Source: Phoronis australis
Lineage: Eukaryota > Animalia > Phoronida
NCBI GenBank assembly: GCA_002633005.1
Contig: NMRA01000140.1
Span: forward strand, 372,001-436,000
Direction: 5' to 3'
Length of the DNA: 64,000 nt
The position numbers were made by a program, and so were the translations under genes. Under the pieces are notes generated by a model, which was not told the DNA's origin, did not search any database, and saw only the letters and a program-made list of their open reading frames with translations. Below, piece by piece: positions 14,032-26,466 of the stretch (position 1 is its first letter; every line of letters starts with the position of its first letter).

Positions 14032-14210
14032 ATGACAGTGACATACACAGCTGAAGTAGCGAGTAGTGGTCTGGGAACCTTCTTGAAACTGTTGCGACGT
14101 TGGAAGGGAAGTGTGTACAAGTTACTGTGGAAGGACTTCTTAATATTTGTGCTGTTGTTCTACTTTATAAACATCATCTACAGATTCGCTTTGAATGAAG
14201 GGCAGAAAAG
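14032..14210 (+). CDS. BEST: Bestrophin coding exon 1
   Basis: [10 protein letters not shown]...[11 protein letters not shown]...; donor AG|gtatgt; an upstream acceptor near 13964 implies a 5' UTR intron. Confidence 0.95.
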
Positions 14211-17200
14211 GTATGTTCTGACAGAGGCATTAACCTCCCAGTTTAAGTGATGTTTTTGTAACGTTTATTACAGAAGAAATGCAATGTACTATAACAAGAG
14301 TTGAGTCCAGAAAATTCTAGAAAGCATTATATTTGGGCGTTGTGATGTTCACAAACATTAGGTGCAGGATATTGTTAGGGCTGTACAGCGCTTTAGCAGA
14401 TACCTGTCTAAAGCTCACTATCTACTTTTCATTTATATATTACGCTTGACTAATCTTTATATCACTTCCCAGTTCTTGAAAGCAATGCTTATCGTTCAAG
14501 GTATTTTAGCCACTAGTTGTTTCATTTTTTATAGCTGGCTAATTTTTAAGCCATCATTAAACCCATGCTTTCTGTCAAAAAGAAATGTTTTGATTTAGGT
14601 CACATACCATTACGAAAGTGGCCCCGAATGGTTCTTTAGTCTAAATAAGCATGACTTCTGGGGTTGGATATAGATGACGCTTGTTATTTTCTTGGACCAA
14701 GCGCATATAAATTCAAGTCACGCTGTGACCTGAAATATGTGCTTGGTCTGAAGAAATAGCAAACTGCCACATTTTCCGAGCCCAGGGATCAGTTCTAAAC
14801 TGAGGAATGAACAAAACAAGTCCAATTTTATACCGGTAAAGGGACTTTGTTGTCAAAACTTACTTTTTGTCTGAAGGCTCAGTTTAAAGGTCATCAGTAT
14901 GTCACATGAGGCATTACATAATGCTGCATGACTTTATGGCTGTTCCCAATACTTAGTACGCCTAGTTTCATGTTTAAATATTTCTCATCGTGCAATCTGT
15001 TTAAATGTCACCCAAAGTGTTTCGTTACTTACTGTTTCATTTTCAAGTCGTGTCTATTATTGTATCTTGGAAGTCACATGCTGTATTTGACCATAAGGTG
15101 CATTATATTCTTCTGTATAGTAAATTGACTTCCCAAATAATCATCAATGACTCCAATTAAGCACAAGCCCTCAAAGTACAAAATAGAGGGTGTTAACTCT
15201 TGGTAAAGCGCATTATAACTGCTTTTCACGTTCTCGGGTGGCCATACTTAGTTGATGAATTATACTCACGGTTGAGCTTTCGTCAACATTCTTGAAGTGA
15301 GGTTGTATCAATAAATGAGTGGATATGTAGTCAAATGTTCTGGGCAAGAATTCTGCAGTATCTGCTGTTATTGTAGTTCACATATGTACCAATAGATGCC
15401 GTTGACCGAGGTTCAAGGAAAAAGGAATATAAGTATGCAAAATGGCCGTCAGTTTATTTGAAGACCCACTCCGATAAATCCCTGCCATCCAGCGTTACAA
15501 CACTGCAAATTCCCTTTCACAGTTACTCGGATATATGTGCTTAAATGGTCAAATATGTAAATTGATTTGAACATATATGTTAATTATGCGATCAACCTTT
15601 GTTGCATATGTTTCAGACTTTTTGAGCAGATTTCTCGGTACTGCGATGCTTATAACAATCTGATCCCTGTGGCTTTTGTACTCGGTTTCTACGTCTCAGT
15701 CATCTTGACCCGTTGGTGGGACCAGCTGACCACTATCCCATGGCCGGACAGGATGGCTATCTTCGTTACGGCCAGCATACATGGTCATGATGAGCGAGGG
15801 CGACTGATGCGCCGTACTATCATGCGCTACTGTAACCTGGCGATGGTACTTACCTTCGCCAGTATCAGCCCCCCTGTGAAGAAGAGGTTCCCTACGCTGG
15901 ACCATATAACAGATGCTGGCAAGTGGAGTTTGATAATTAAGAAAATCAAATCATTTCACAATGTATTGAAGTGTTCAAATCATAGCTGTGAAGATATACG
16001 TTACGTTGTTATGTCATTTTGGTGTTGGATGGTGCAACTAGTCCATACAGTGGTTTGCAATTTGGTGGTGAAAATTGTAAATCACACACAATAGGCCTTT
16101 TGAAATTGACATGCAGGGTCAGTGAAATAGTTCTTGGTGAACACTGTTCTTAGTCATACAACTGTCCCAGTTGGATTGTGTAACTAAACACAGCTTAATA
16201 ACAAAGGGTTTATTGTCCTGGCTGAGAAATAATTCTTTTTTTAACACCTACAAGTTTTGAGTAGCTAAGCCCCCCAATGGTATCTGTGAATTAAAAACAA
16301 GTTCTCTATGAAGTTGTTTAATGAATGCTCTTTCTTTCCAATGAAAAAATCGGTAAATCAGAGTAATAGTACTGTTAAGTACATGACTTGTCTTTTATTT
16401 CTTAAACATGGATTTTGTACAAAAGGGAATTCAGTGAGAGGTTCTTAGCCATTGAATTCACCATTTGGTTGCACATATATTTATATTTCATCAAACTTAG
16501 TCTGTCATAACATACAATCATAATTTAGTAGTGTTGTATTGTTTGTGCTTCTTGTAAAGTGAAAGTTAGTGTTCAGGAAATTCCTGGTTCATTTTTCCTG
16601 TTCATGGCTTATTGTGCAGGTACAGCAGGTTTTTGGGTAATAGTCTCTTACATGGGTCTCATATTTTAAGAACCAGTTTGTTGCCTGTTATTCAGTGGAC
16701 AAAACTAGTTCTTGAAATGCAGAAACCTTGTAATACACTATTACCCCTTTTTGTGTTTGTTTACTCCATGATTCAGTCATCTGTGTTTAGCTAGTGTGAA
16801 TTGACAGAGAGTTGTCTTTACACCCCATAAGGCATCATGACGAAACAAGAACAGGAAGTGTTTGAACATATCAAGACACCTCACAACAAGTACTTCTTAC
16901 CGCTGGTCTGGGCGACTAGTCTAGTGTCGAGAGCTCGTAAGGAGATGCGCATAAAGGACGATCAGGCTCAACAAACCATTATGCACGTGAGTATCACCGC
17001 CGGGAATTCCTGGCAGTAAGTCTGAGGATGTATATTCATAAAAAAACACTTAAATTTTGTGTTGGTGCATATTGTCATCACCCTGTCCTTGTGTCCACTC
17101 GATATCTCAAAAATCCACAATCGGATCTTGATGAACTTTAGAGCAAGATTGTAGGGCAACATAAGGGCAATGCGTGCTTCATTCTCCCTACCCCTGGGGA

Positions 17201-20200
17201 CTGGGCTCAGTTCGTTTGGGGATATCTAGAGAACTGATCGACAGATAGAGAAAATAGTAGCATTTTACCACGGTTTTTATACTATTGCCCTGTATCAGAA
17301 ATGCAGAATGATCCCAAAAGATGCCTTGTGAAGCCTTTATGGGTCCATGGGTCTTTATGTTGGTGGCGGCTCATGTTGAACTCCCTGGTAATGATTTTTG
17401 ACTGCTTTAAGCTTGGTCACGGACTGCCTACTTTAGCAAGGTCTCTTATGGATGGGTATTATTGAAAAAAATGTTTTCGAAATAAGGGAGTAAATGGTTC
17501 CTCGTTATATAAAGCAATTTTAAGCATGCTTGGTTAAAAATGTGACAGTTAATAATAGATTTTTGGTCGGCGATCCATAGCTGCAGGACTATCGCAAAAA
17601 TGCAAGTGGTTGATCACAGTAGCTTTACTTATAAATTCCTACGTTTACTACACACAGTCCTGTTTTCACTGAAAAGTGGTTCAGTATAGGCATAGGCCAC
17701 ATTACATGGACTGCCAACTGTGTATATTCTCTGTGATCTTGTGCACAAGCTGTAACAAACACTATTCAATATCAGCATCTGGTGTTTTGTATACTTTACT
17801 TCCAGCAAGTAATTGTCTGCTCACTAACTGAAAGCTCAGTTGTGGAGGAGAGTGGCGCCTCCTCTGGGAATTTCACAGTAAAATATCCGAATTCCAAATC
17901 TGTTATCTGTGATTAATACTGTGAGCAAGGTAGTCATGAGACCGACTGCATCAATGTGATGACATTGAACTACGTAAAAGATTTTCATATTTCTCATTCC
18001 ATTACAGGAGATAAATCAGTTCCGTGGTGGCTTGGGCATGTTGTTTAACTATGACTGGCTCAGCATGCCACTCGTCTATACTCAGGTGAGGCTCCTAAGG
18101 GGGCAGTACACTCAAGTGATTTGTAACTGTACAGTTCTTGTGCATGAGTGGCTGCAGAAGGAAGACAAAGATTCACTCCTGCCTCACAATGTAATTCTTG
18201 AAATTCCAGTCAGTTAATGGTTATATTACAATGGGAAATGTACGAGGTGATGGTTGTAAATTTAGTAGATTTTTGTGGAGTTGGAAAACTAAGTGGAAAC
18301 TTTCAAAGTGTAAACAAATTATGGGATCTTGTAAAAATGAATTAGTCGGTTAAAACTGGAATTATTATTCCTAACATTCGTATGTCAACTTGTGAAAGAA
18401 TACATCTCTTCACACTAGGTTTAGTACAAGCCTTGACTGATGGTATATCAAACTACTGTCGCACATTCTTTAGTACTGGTGATCGGGTATTGTTGTGCAG
18501 TAGTCAAACAACATTTGTCGTGGGCTCATGACCATTACAAAGTGAAAATAATTTTAAAATTACAAAAATTATTGTAGGTGACATACTTAAAAATGCCTTT
18601 GCATACACATTCATACACGTCAATGATCAGGACATCAAGCTGAGGCTGGGTTTGACTGGAAAGATTGTTGTTGTAATTGTTTTCATTTGTAACTATCGCC
18701 ATTGTCTTGCATGTGTTTTTTGTGATTTCTGTGACGTAATTCATTAATGAAAGCATGAAAATTTTGAGACATCCAGTTGAGAAAACAGATCAAGTTTGAG
18801 TCTTATACTGGAATAAAAACTTACAAAAATTAGCGACGTTGCGTCCGCATCTCAGGGACTTCAGCTTGGCTTGTGACGTTATCGTTATTCGAGCTAATTG
18901 CTGGCGTTTTGGCTAAACGGCGCTGCATTGAGGTCAGTACAGTATCCTATACGTATGACAAATCGAATCGTAAACCGCCTGTCATGAGTGCATTGAGAGT
19001 CCCTCTTTAAATAAAACAGGCGGTTTACGACTCGATTTGTCACACGTATGGAATGGTGTACTGACGTCAATGCCCCGCCGTTTAGCCAAAACGCCACCAA
19101 TTGGCCAGAATAATGATGACGTCACAACCCAAACTGAAGTCTGTGAGATGCGAACGCAACATCGCTAATTTTTGTAAGTTTTTATTCCAGTATTAGACTC
19201 AAACTTGATCTTTAATTCATTACTGTTGAGAACCAGTTTCTTCTCTGATTAACAGGCAACAAACTGGTTCTCAAAATCCAGGACCCTTGTAATAGTTGAC
19301 TGTTGTATTGACTTATATTGTTTGTGTTGTGTAGGTAGTAACATTAGCTGTCCAAACGTTCTTTGTCTCCTGCTTAATGGGTCGACAGTTCCTTGACCCC
19401 AACCAGGGTTACCAAGACAAGTTGGTCGACATCTACGTGCCTATTTTCACATTCCTCCAGTTCTTCTTCTACATGGGGTGGTTAAAGGTTGGTAACTCTA
19501 TGAGAATTATTGTACATTGGTGGGCAGGGATAGTTATTTGTGTTTTAAGGTAGGTGGATACACAAAAAAATTAATTTTAACTGTTTTTTACATTTTCATA
19601 TCATCCTAGTCTTTAATTCTTGATGCACAGTATACTGAAGAAAAATAAAATCATTCTGAAAATCCAAAGTTGTTTTTTTAGCTATATTTGACCAAACCTC
19701 AGTAAGTCATATGGCTTGAGTGCTCACCAGCTCAGTGATTGACAACTGGGGCGGAGCTTATATACAAGGACACTAGCTCTAATCTAACCCTGTCAACAAG
19801 CATTGCGTAACCGGGCAATCGAGAGTGATGTACCAGCTGATATTGGTGTTGTAGCAAGACCAAGAATAAAACAATTCTATTTTTGACCATGTGAAAGTTA
19901 GTAGTGAAATGGTGAACTAGCTCCTGTTCCGAGCCTGAGCCTGTTTGTCTATCTGCAAAAAAATTAANCTCAAACTTGATCTTTAATTCATTAATGTTGA
20001 GAACCAGTTTCTTCCCTGAATAACAGGCAACGAACTGGTTCTCAAAATCCAGGACCCCTGTAATAGTTGACTGTTGTACTGACTTATATTGTTTCTGTTG
20101 TGTAGGTAGTAACATTAGCTGTACAAACGTTCTTTGTCTCCTGCTTAATGGGTCGACAGTTCCTTGACCCCAGCCAGGGTTACCAAGACAAGTTGGTCGA

Positions 20201-23200
20201 CATCTACGTGCCTATTTTCACATTCCTCCAGTTCTTCTTCTACATGGGGTGGTTAAAGGTTGGTAACTCTATGAGGACTATTGTACATTGATGTGGGCAG
20301 GGATAGTTATTTGTGTTTTAAAGGAACTTTTGGTTCTACAGCCAAAAACACATTTTGGGATTATAGTTGGGATAGAGTTGTTGATGTTATTAACTTTGAC
20401 TAGAGCTATAAAACAAAATCCATTGAGGTTTTGTGATTTTATGACAAAGCACCATTTCTCACCATAGTCTGACATTCACTGAAATCAAAGCCAGTAACTA
20501 CTGTCATTTATCTCGCCAACAGGCTGTAGCGGTGTGTTTGCAGGTTTGATTGTGCACTGAGGCTGTTTCAGAAAATCATTTTTCTTGTCAGTAATGTCCC
20601 TTTAACATTTAAAATTCATGAGAGTTAATGTCAGGGAAGTGTAATGTGGGTTGGTATAATTTTCTGATGACAGTAGTATGAATTTTGTATGTGATAATGA
20701 TTTTGCACCGATACTAACTTGCAGCGCGTATCATAGGCACTAAGTGACGGGACTGGCTCGACTGTGAATCGGCTCCCCGAGAACTGCCAAACAACATGTC
20801 GTGGAAAGTAATGACATTTCATGAGTCAGCTTGAAAATTAGTTTGCAAAACACCATTTTGAATGGAAATTGGATGCTTTTGAGACTTCAGCTAGAAAGTC
20901 ATTAGTGAACATAGTTGCTGTGAAAATTCCACTTTAGTGGAGGCAATAAAGAACATTTAAATAACATACTACAAGGATCTTCCCATATGGGAAGTCTAAT
21001 GGAAGTTTGGTTTTGAAATAAATATGACACCCATAACGTAAGAAAATTTGCAATTGCGTAAATCAAATCAACATTCTTACTCGAAAACTTTTTTATGATT
21101 ACCGCATTATCTTTCTACATATTGAATTGCTTATTGCATTTGCTCTCTCTAAAAATCACCTTGCCATAGGCAAATGACAAGACACTGCAACAGTTGCTAA
21201 AAAACCTCTCGAAAGTTGTGGTTATTGGATAACATAATGAGTAAGGGAAGCAACAGAAATGAAGCACAATTATCAAAAGCAAAACTGGTCACTTGGTATT
21301 GCTTGTGATGCTCGATATTGCAATATGATGTCATGTGTTTTTCTTTTGTTAATGTTCGTGTGTAGTGATATGTGGAGATAACTCTACCCAGTTATCAGTA
21401 AATTAAAGTGCATGGTTAGTGTTGGTTGACTCGGTAAATAGCATGTAACATACTTGCTTGTGAAATTGTTCCATTGTCATTAGGGACACTGCCTGGTCTA
21501 AGCACATGACATCCGACTTATGTCTAACAGGGGGTGCTCCATTCATTGTCGTTAGAGCCACTGCCAAGTCTGGGTTTCTGACCTGTGTTTAATGCAGGAA
21601 CATATGACTTCAGACTTATGTCCAATAGGGGTGCTTCATTCATTATGTATACAGTAATGTTGGCCTACATTGTTAACAAACTGGACTGAATAAAATTTTC
21701 GAGTAAAATGAGCTTCCATTGTGTCATTGACCGTGGGAAAATCTTGTAAGGAGGCAACTATTTGGAATCATCACTTATAAACTGCCTTGTAAAATTGTGT
21801 CAGCTTGGTTCAAACTCCACACAAGACTGGATTGGGAACCACTGAAGCATAGATTAGCGTGAAGCCTGTTTTAAAAATTTCTTTGAATTTTGATTTTGCA
21901 TAATGCTCCATATGTTCATATCATGTGGAAATATTGTTGGATCCATTTTAGGTGGCTGAAAGTCTGACTAACCCGTTTGGAGAAGACGATGATGATTTTG
22001 AAGTCAACACAACTATTGACCGTAACATGCAGGTACCCAGGTGTATAATTCAAGTCACCAAAACTAATTGTGGGTCAAGTATTTAGGCTGCTGGTAGCGC
22101 CACCTCTTTGTATTGTTTAGAGGCTAAGTTCCAATGACATATCGAGAAGAAATCCTGTGTCTGATTTTTGTTTGTTTGAAAACCTGTTTAAGGTAATGAA
22201 CATGTTTGTTAACAGATTTGTTATTGAGAAGGCAGTGTGGCCTAGTGTGAAAAGTGTCTGCTTCTTCGATGTCGTGGGTTCCAGTCCCACTGGGGCACAC
22301 TGCTAGACCCTGGAGTCAGGTCTCTAGATCTTTTGCTTGGTTTTAACTACTATGTTAATAAAGCATAAAAATGGCGCCAGGTGATCAGTGCAATGGGCCC
22401 ACATGCGCAGCCTGCGCATGTCTGGTACAACTTGTACCAGACTACCTGCAATTATTTTCTAACAGGTTTATTCATTCCAGGCTTGGCTATTCAAAACCCA
22501 TGGAGAGTAATAAAACACCAGTCTTTTCAGTTGGGACCATAAACCCTTTGTTAAACTGTGTTACAAAGTCCAACTGGGACAGTTGTATGACTAAGAGCAG
22601 CATTTACAAAGAAGTGCTTTCTCAGACCTTGCATGACAATTTCCAAATGCCTAAAGCGTGTGAACAACACCCATAATTTGCAACCGTCTGCAAAATTCTA
22701 AGCCACTTTGCAGACTAGTTAACCACTCTAAGCCCAAAAGGTTTCTTTTGCACTTGCCAAGCTATTTTTGTCCACTCTTAAAATATTAATTTGAATGTGA
22801 ATGGTTCAGTAGTTTGTTTGAATGGATCCGAAGCGTTCTTACATGTGACTGGTACAGGTCACCTCTGTTGCTTGGACTGGGTGCATTTGCTGAATGTTCC
22901 CTTTGTCCTCCACCAGGTGTCCTATCTGATCGTGGATGAAATGCACAGTGAACATCCCGACTTAATCAAAGATCAGTACTGGGATGATGTAGACTTTGAC
23001 CTGCCTTATACAGCTGCTGCTGAACAGTTCAAGACGGATGTCTATTTGGGATCCACCAATGAACTTTCGTATGTAATGCTTAGACATGTCTTTTAAACAT
23101 TGACCTTGTATCTGATACTTACTAACTAAATCATTGTTAAGATTTAAATATCTTTGAAACAAAACCAAATACTTTGTTGCTGTCTCCAACCTCAAAAGTT

Positions 23201-26200
23201 TGAGGCAAGTTTCAAAACTCCTTACAAAGTCTGCTGAATCAGCATGTGTCTGACTGATTTAATTACGGTATGGCTCTGGGGAAAAATAGCCATTTGGCAA
23301 AACATGACCCACTTTGTGACACAGTTATGCTTTGTATATTATGTTATTATCTCTGAGGGGTAGATACTGTGCCAGGTGACAGGACCAGCAAAGAGGGAAA
23401 TCGCTAAAGAAGTATTCAGTCGCCTTTTAACAAGAGTGCTCCGTGTTTTTCACACTCCTGCTTTCTTCCTGTGATCATGCATGCTCGGATCTGATTTTTA
23501 TCAGAAATTTTAGAAGGTAACCAACTTTATCCCCTCGCAAGGTGCACAGCTGTTCCCACTACTGGCATTCTTTTCTCATGAACAAGATGTTTCTCTTGTG
23601 TTCCCTTTTCACCATGTACTGCATTTCCTCTCTCATGAACACATTTCCTGCCTCACTAAACACTTTAGCGGAAGGCACAAGTACATGTGTGCTTGTACAG
23701 TGTACGGGCAGTTAGAAATATTTTGAAACACGACTTGGTTGTGGATATCTATTTGTTTGTCATGTTGCTTAAACATATTTGACTTGAAGTGAATTAATTG
23801 CTTATTGGTCTTGAAAATGTGCTGTGAAATTATTGAATGAACTCACTTCCCCATCTCTTCTGCACACAACCCTTTGAACATCGAGCACATCTGCCTTGGA
23901 GATTTTCAATGTAAAAAACACTGGCAATTGAATTAAAATTCAGTGATATAGATGTTGTCCCGTCTAGTCACGTAATCAGTTTAGAAGTGATTTTGGGGCT
24001 TGAGAAGAACTGGCAAAATGTTATTCAAGAAAGTTATGACAGCAGCCTAGAATTTGTAGACGGTCGTTATGGCCCGGAAACTACGTGGCTGTGAATAGGC
24101 TTTTGTCGCTCCACATTCACTAGAGGGACGTACTTGTTGCATCTTAACAGCTTTTGGTATAGGTGAGTGTGCTGTGTTACAGAGTATCCCCCATGGATGC
24201 AGAGTTTGTGCAGCCGATGGACGTTATCCATGAACAGGATGAGGAAGCGCCACCTGTGGACGAGATGACTTTACCTACAGACATTCCCAACACATTAAAC
24301 AGGACAGCGACAGTCAAGTGAGACTAATAAAATGTAGCAAATGGTAGTAGGCGCATTTTCTATAAGATCAAGTGGACTTTTCTAAGTGCAAGTATGTGTT
24401 TTTTGTTTTTAAACTTGTTGCAGTGTTGACGGTTCACAATTTTGATGGCCTCCCTCACAAACTCGTGTTATATTTGTTTATTTTCCAAAGAACAATGATA
24501 CAACCGATCAGCAAGACGTGTCAAAGATATATGATGTGCATTTTGTGAATCAAAACTTTTGGAAAGTCACTAATTTTCTACCGATGTTTAAGTAATTCAC
24601 CTGGATGTATGATTCTGTCCATTTGATCTGAACTAAGGTACATAAAATAATTGGTCCAATGACAATACAAGATATGACTTGGCGCACTGACTCTGTCCCA
24701 GTAGTACCATCCGTGTATGGAGTGATGCATCTTCAGCCATTGGCTGGTGTGTTTGGGACCTTTTCGTGTTCTGTTTCTTTCTATGTCTTCCTTATGATTA
24801 TACATGACCAGTGCCTAAATATAGCCATCATTTTAGGTCAAAAATATAATACTTGGTTCTAGTCTGCACTCTGCACCTGACTCATTTTGAAACTTGCACG
24901 TCAAGGTAACACCAGGTGCTGCTCGGGAACAAAAAAGTGATTCTGCCTCATTTCAACTGGTGTCACATGACCTACTTTTTGAAAATATGGATAACTAAAA
25001 ACCCATTACCACATTTAATTTTAAAAAATTGACCAGAAGCAGTTCTGTTTTTGGCCATACATTGCCTTGTTTAATCTTAGTCTTCTGCTTCAGAAATGTA
25101 ACAGTTGTTTTTTCGTAGAGTTTCAGAGTGTCCACTAAAATCGTTAACACTGTCGTGACTTCAATTTAAATACAATAGGGCTGATGCCAATCTACTCCGA
25201 GTTGGGTTTAAACCTCTTAAAGGTATGTACCCGGAGTTATACATGCTTCATAAGGATGTTCATGAACTGGATGCCATCTTGTGAATGTTATTTTCATAAG
25301 CATCCGTTAGTTTCCGCCATTTCGTCTTATCTTTGTGATTTCACAAATTCTAAATCCTCTCAATTTATGACAGGCATTCCCCGTCAAGTTCGCGGAATCG
25401 TAGTCGGAAAGTAACCAATTTCCTGAGGCGAACCTTGTCCCGTGAGACATCTGTGTCAAACAGAAGTGGCACCTCTCCACGTAGCCTTACATCCAACCGG
25501 CTGCATGTAAGTGATTGGTTGCTTAAGCTGCAGTCTTCGTTAAATTAATTTTGCAATGTGGTCTTGTGATACCATGCATGATTAAGGCCTTGGAGAGTTT
25601 GATCATGTAGGATGGATGAATCTGGCTGGTGTCATCTTCTATCTTTTTTACAATGGCATACATATTTGGACTGCACCTATAGTGTTATCTGTTTTTTGTG
25701 GCAAAATAAATGGGCAGGTCTTTGAAATGACTGAAAGGTCAATTTAAATACTTTTTGCCTTTCATTTTGTCATGAGCACAGCTTATTTAGACTCTTGTTT
25801 AAGCACTGTTATTAGGGGTCACGACCTGACTTATTCTTTATTGAGTCTTGGAATATTCTTATGCTCCATAATGGTGTAGATAAAGGCCACCTGTTGGAGG
25901 GCAAGCCCAAGTCACCACTTTAAATAAAGTATCTGTCTCTTAGAAAATTTCCAATTGTTCCCCTTAAAATACTCTTAGACTTTATCCCAAAAAAAATTTA
26001 ACCCACAGTTACTGGCATCGGTTCGAGACCAGGAAGTCCTCGTCTAAAAAATCCTGCATCTAAACCATTTTTAGGAGAGATAGGTTTTCCAGACTTAAAA
26101 AGCACAAAGCCACAGTCGCATGTTATGACTGTCACCCTGCAACTCTAATTAATGACGAGTGCTGTTGATTGTTTATTAACATGTTGTAACAATACCTGTG

Positions 26201-26466
26201 CCAGGTATTAAGTGGTGAGTTCACATACATTGCAGGAGGAAATATTTGCCATGTCTGACTTGAATGTGTCCAAACCAGACGATGAACACGAAGGAGACGA
26301 GGTAACGTCAATGCTTACGCCAAGGGGATCTAGGCATGTCCCGCTGTCATACAAGAACACTGACTCCAACACCTATCTACCATTTACTGAGTCTCGTCTT
26401 CCTGAAGGAAGGAAAAGCACGAGTGAAACTGCAGTACCGCACGACAAAAGTGCAAATACCGTTTGA
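14032..26466 (+). CDS. BEST: Bestrophin (Ca2+-activated anion channel), spliced gene, about 532 aa
   Basis: Exons 14032-14210, 15617-15918, 16832-16986, 18008-18085, 19335-19487 (or duplicate 20106-20258), 21952-22032, 22917-23068, 24183-24317, 25374-25506, 26236-26466 join in frame (1599 nt). Motifs [53 protein letters not shown]. Confidence 0.95.
15617..15918 (+). CDS. BEST: Bestrophin coding exon 2
   Basis: tttcag| LFEQ...[19 protein letters not shown]...[11 protein letters not shown]...[13 protein letters not shown]; donor G|gcaagt (GC type). Confidence 0.93.
16832..16986 (+). CDS. BEST: Bestrophin coding exon 3
   Basis: taag| (G)IMTKQE...[11 protein letters not shown]...[13 protein letters not shown] |gtgagt. 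Confidence 0.92.
18008..18085 (+). CDS. BEST: Bestrophin coding exon 4
   Basis: tacag| [26 protein letters not shown] |gtgagg. Confidence 0.93.
18787..19211. mobile_element. Foldback/MITE element, ~195-bp inverted arms with a short spacer
   Basis: agatcaagtttgagtcttatactggaataaaaacttacaaaaattagcga... is mirrored by ...tcgctaatttttgtaagtttttattccagtattagactcaaacttgatct; pairing continues inward to aaaccgcctgt/acaggcggttt. Confidence 0.9.
19335..19487 (+). CDS. BEST: Bestrophin coding exon 5 (copy A)
   Basis: gtag| [51 protein letters not shown] |gttggt. Confidence 0.85.
20106..20258 (+). CDS. BEST: Bestrophin coding exon 5 (copy B, near-identical duplicate; probably allelic)
   Basis: Same splice sites; differs from copy A by GTC/GTA (silent) and AAC/AGC (N/S); the duplicated block starts immediately after the N at 19968. 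Confidence 0.7.
20322..20601. mobile_element. TTAA-flanked non-autonomous DNA element (Kolobok-like termini)
   Basis: ttaa|aggaac ... gtccct|ttaa; similar atgtcccttt ends occur near 12290 and 33290. Confidence 0.4.
21952..22032 (+). CDS. BEST: Bestrophin coding exon 6 (Ca2+ clasp)
   Basis: tttag| [27 protein letters not shown] |gtaccc. Confidence 0.95.
22230..22330 (+). mobile_element. Degraded tRNA-derived SINE head
   Basis: gtggcctagtg (A-box-like), gtgggttccagtccc (B-box-like), followed by a ccctggagtcagg core-like stretch. Confidence 0.45.
22917..23068 (+). CDS. BEST: Bestrophin coding exon 7
   Basis: ccag| [30 protein letters not shown]...YLGST |gtatgt. Confidence 0.93.
24183..24317 (+). 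CDS. BEST: Bestrophin coding exon 8 (C-terminal tail)
   Basis: tacag| phase-2 compatible; [21 protein letters not shown]...; donor AA|gtgaga. Confidence 0.7.
25374..25506 (+). CDS. BEST: Bestrophin coding exon 9 (Ser/Arg-rich tail)
   Basis: gacag| phase compatible; [24 protein letters not shown]...RLH |gtaagt. Confidence 0.7.
26236..26466 (+). CDS. BEST: Bestrophin terminal coding exon
   Basis: ttgcag| EEIFAMSDL...KSANTV*; the acceptor choice is the least certain of the gene model. Confidence 0.6.
   Translation, partial: EEIFAMSDLNVSKPDDEHEGDEVTSMLTPRGSRHVPLSYKNTDSNTYLPFTESRLPEGRKSTSETAVPHDKSANTV

Noticed and set aside
14659-14784. Imperfect hairpin as a miRNA precursor
   Set aside because: Looks like a decayed palindromic MITE; no recognisable miRNA sequence.
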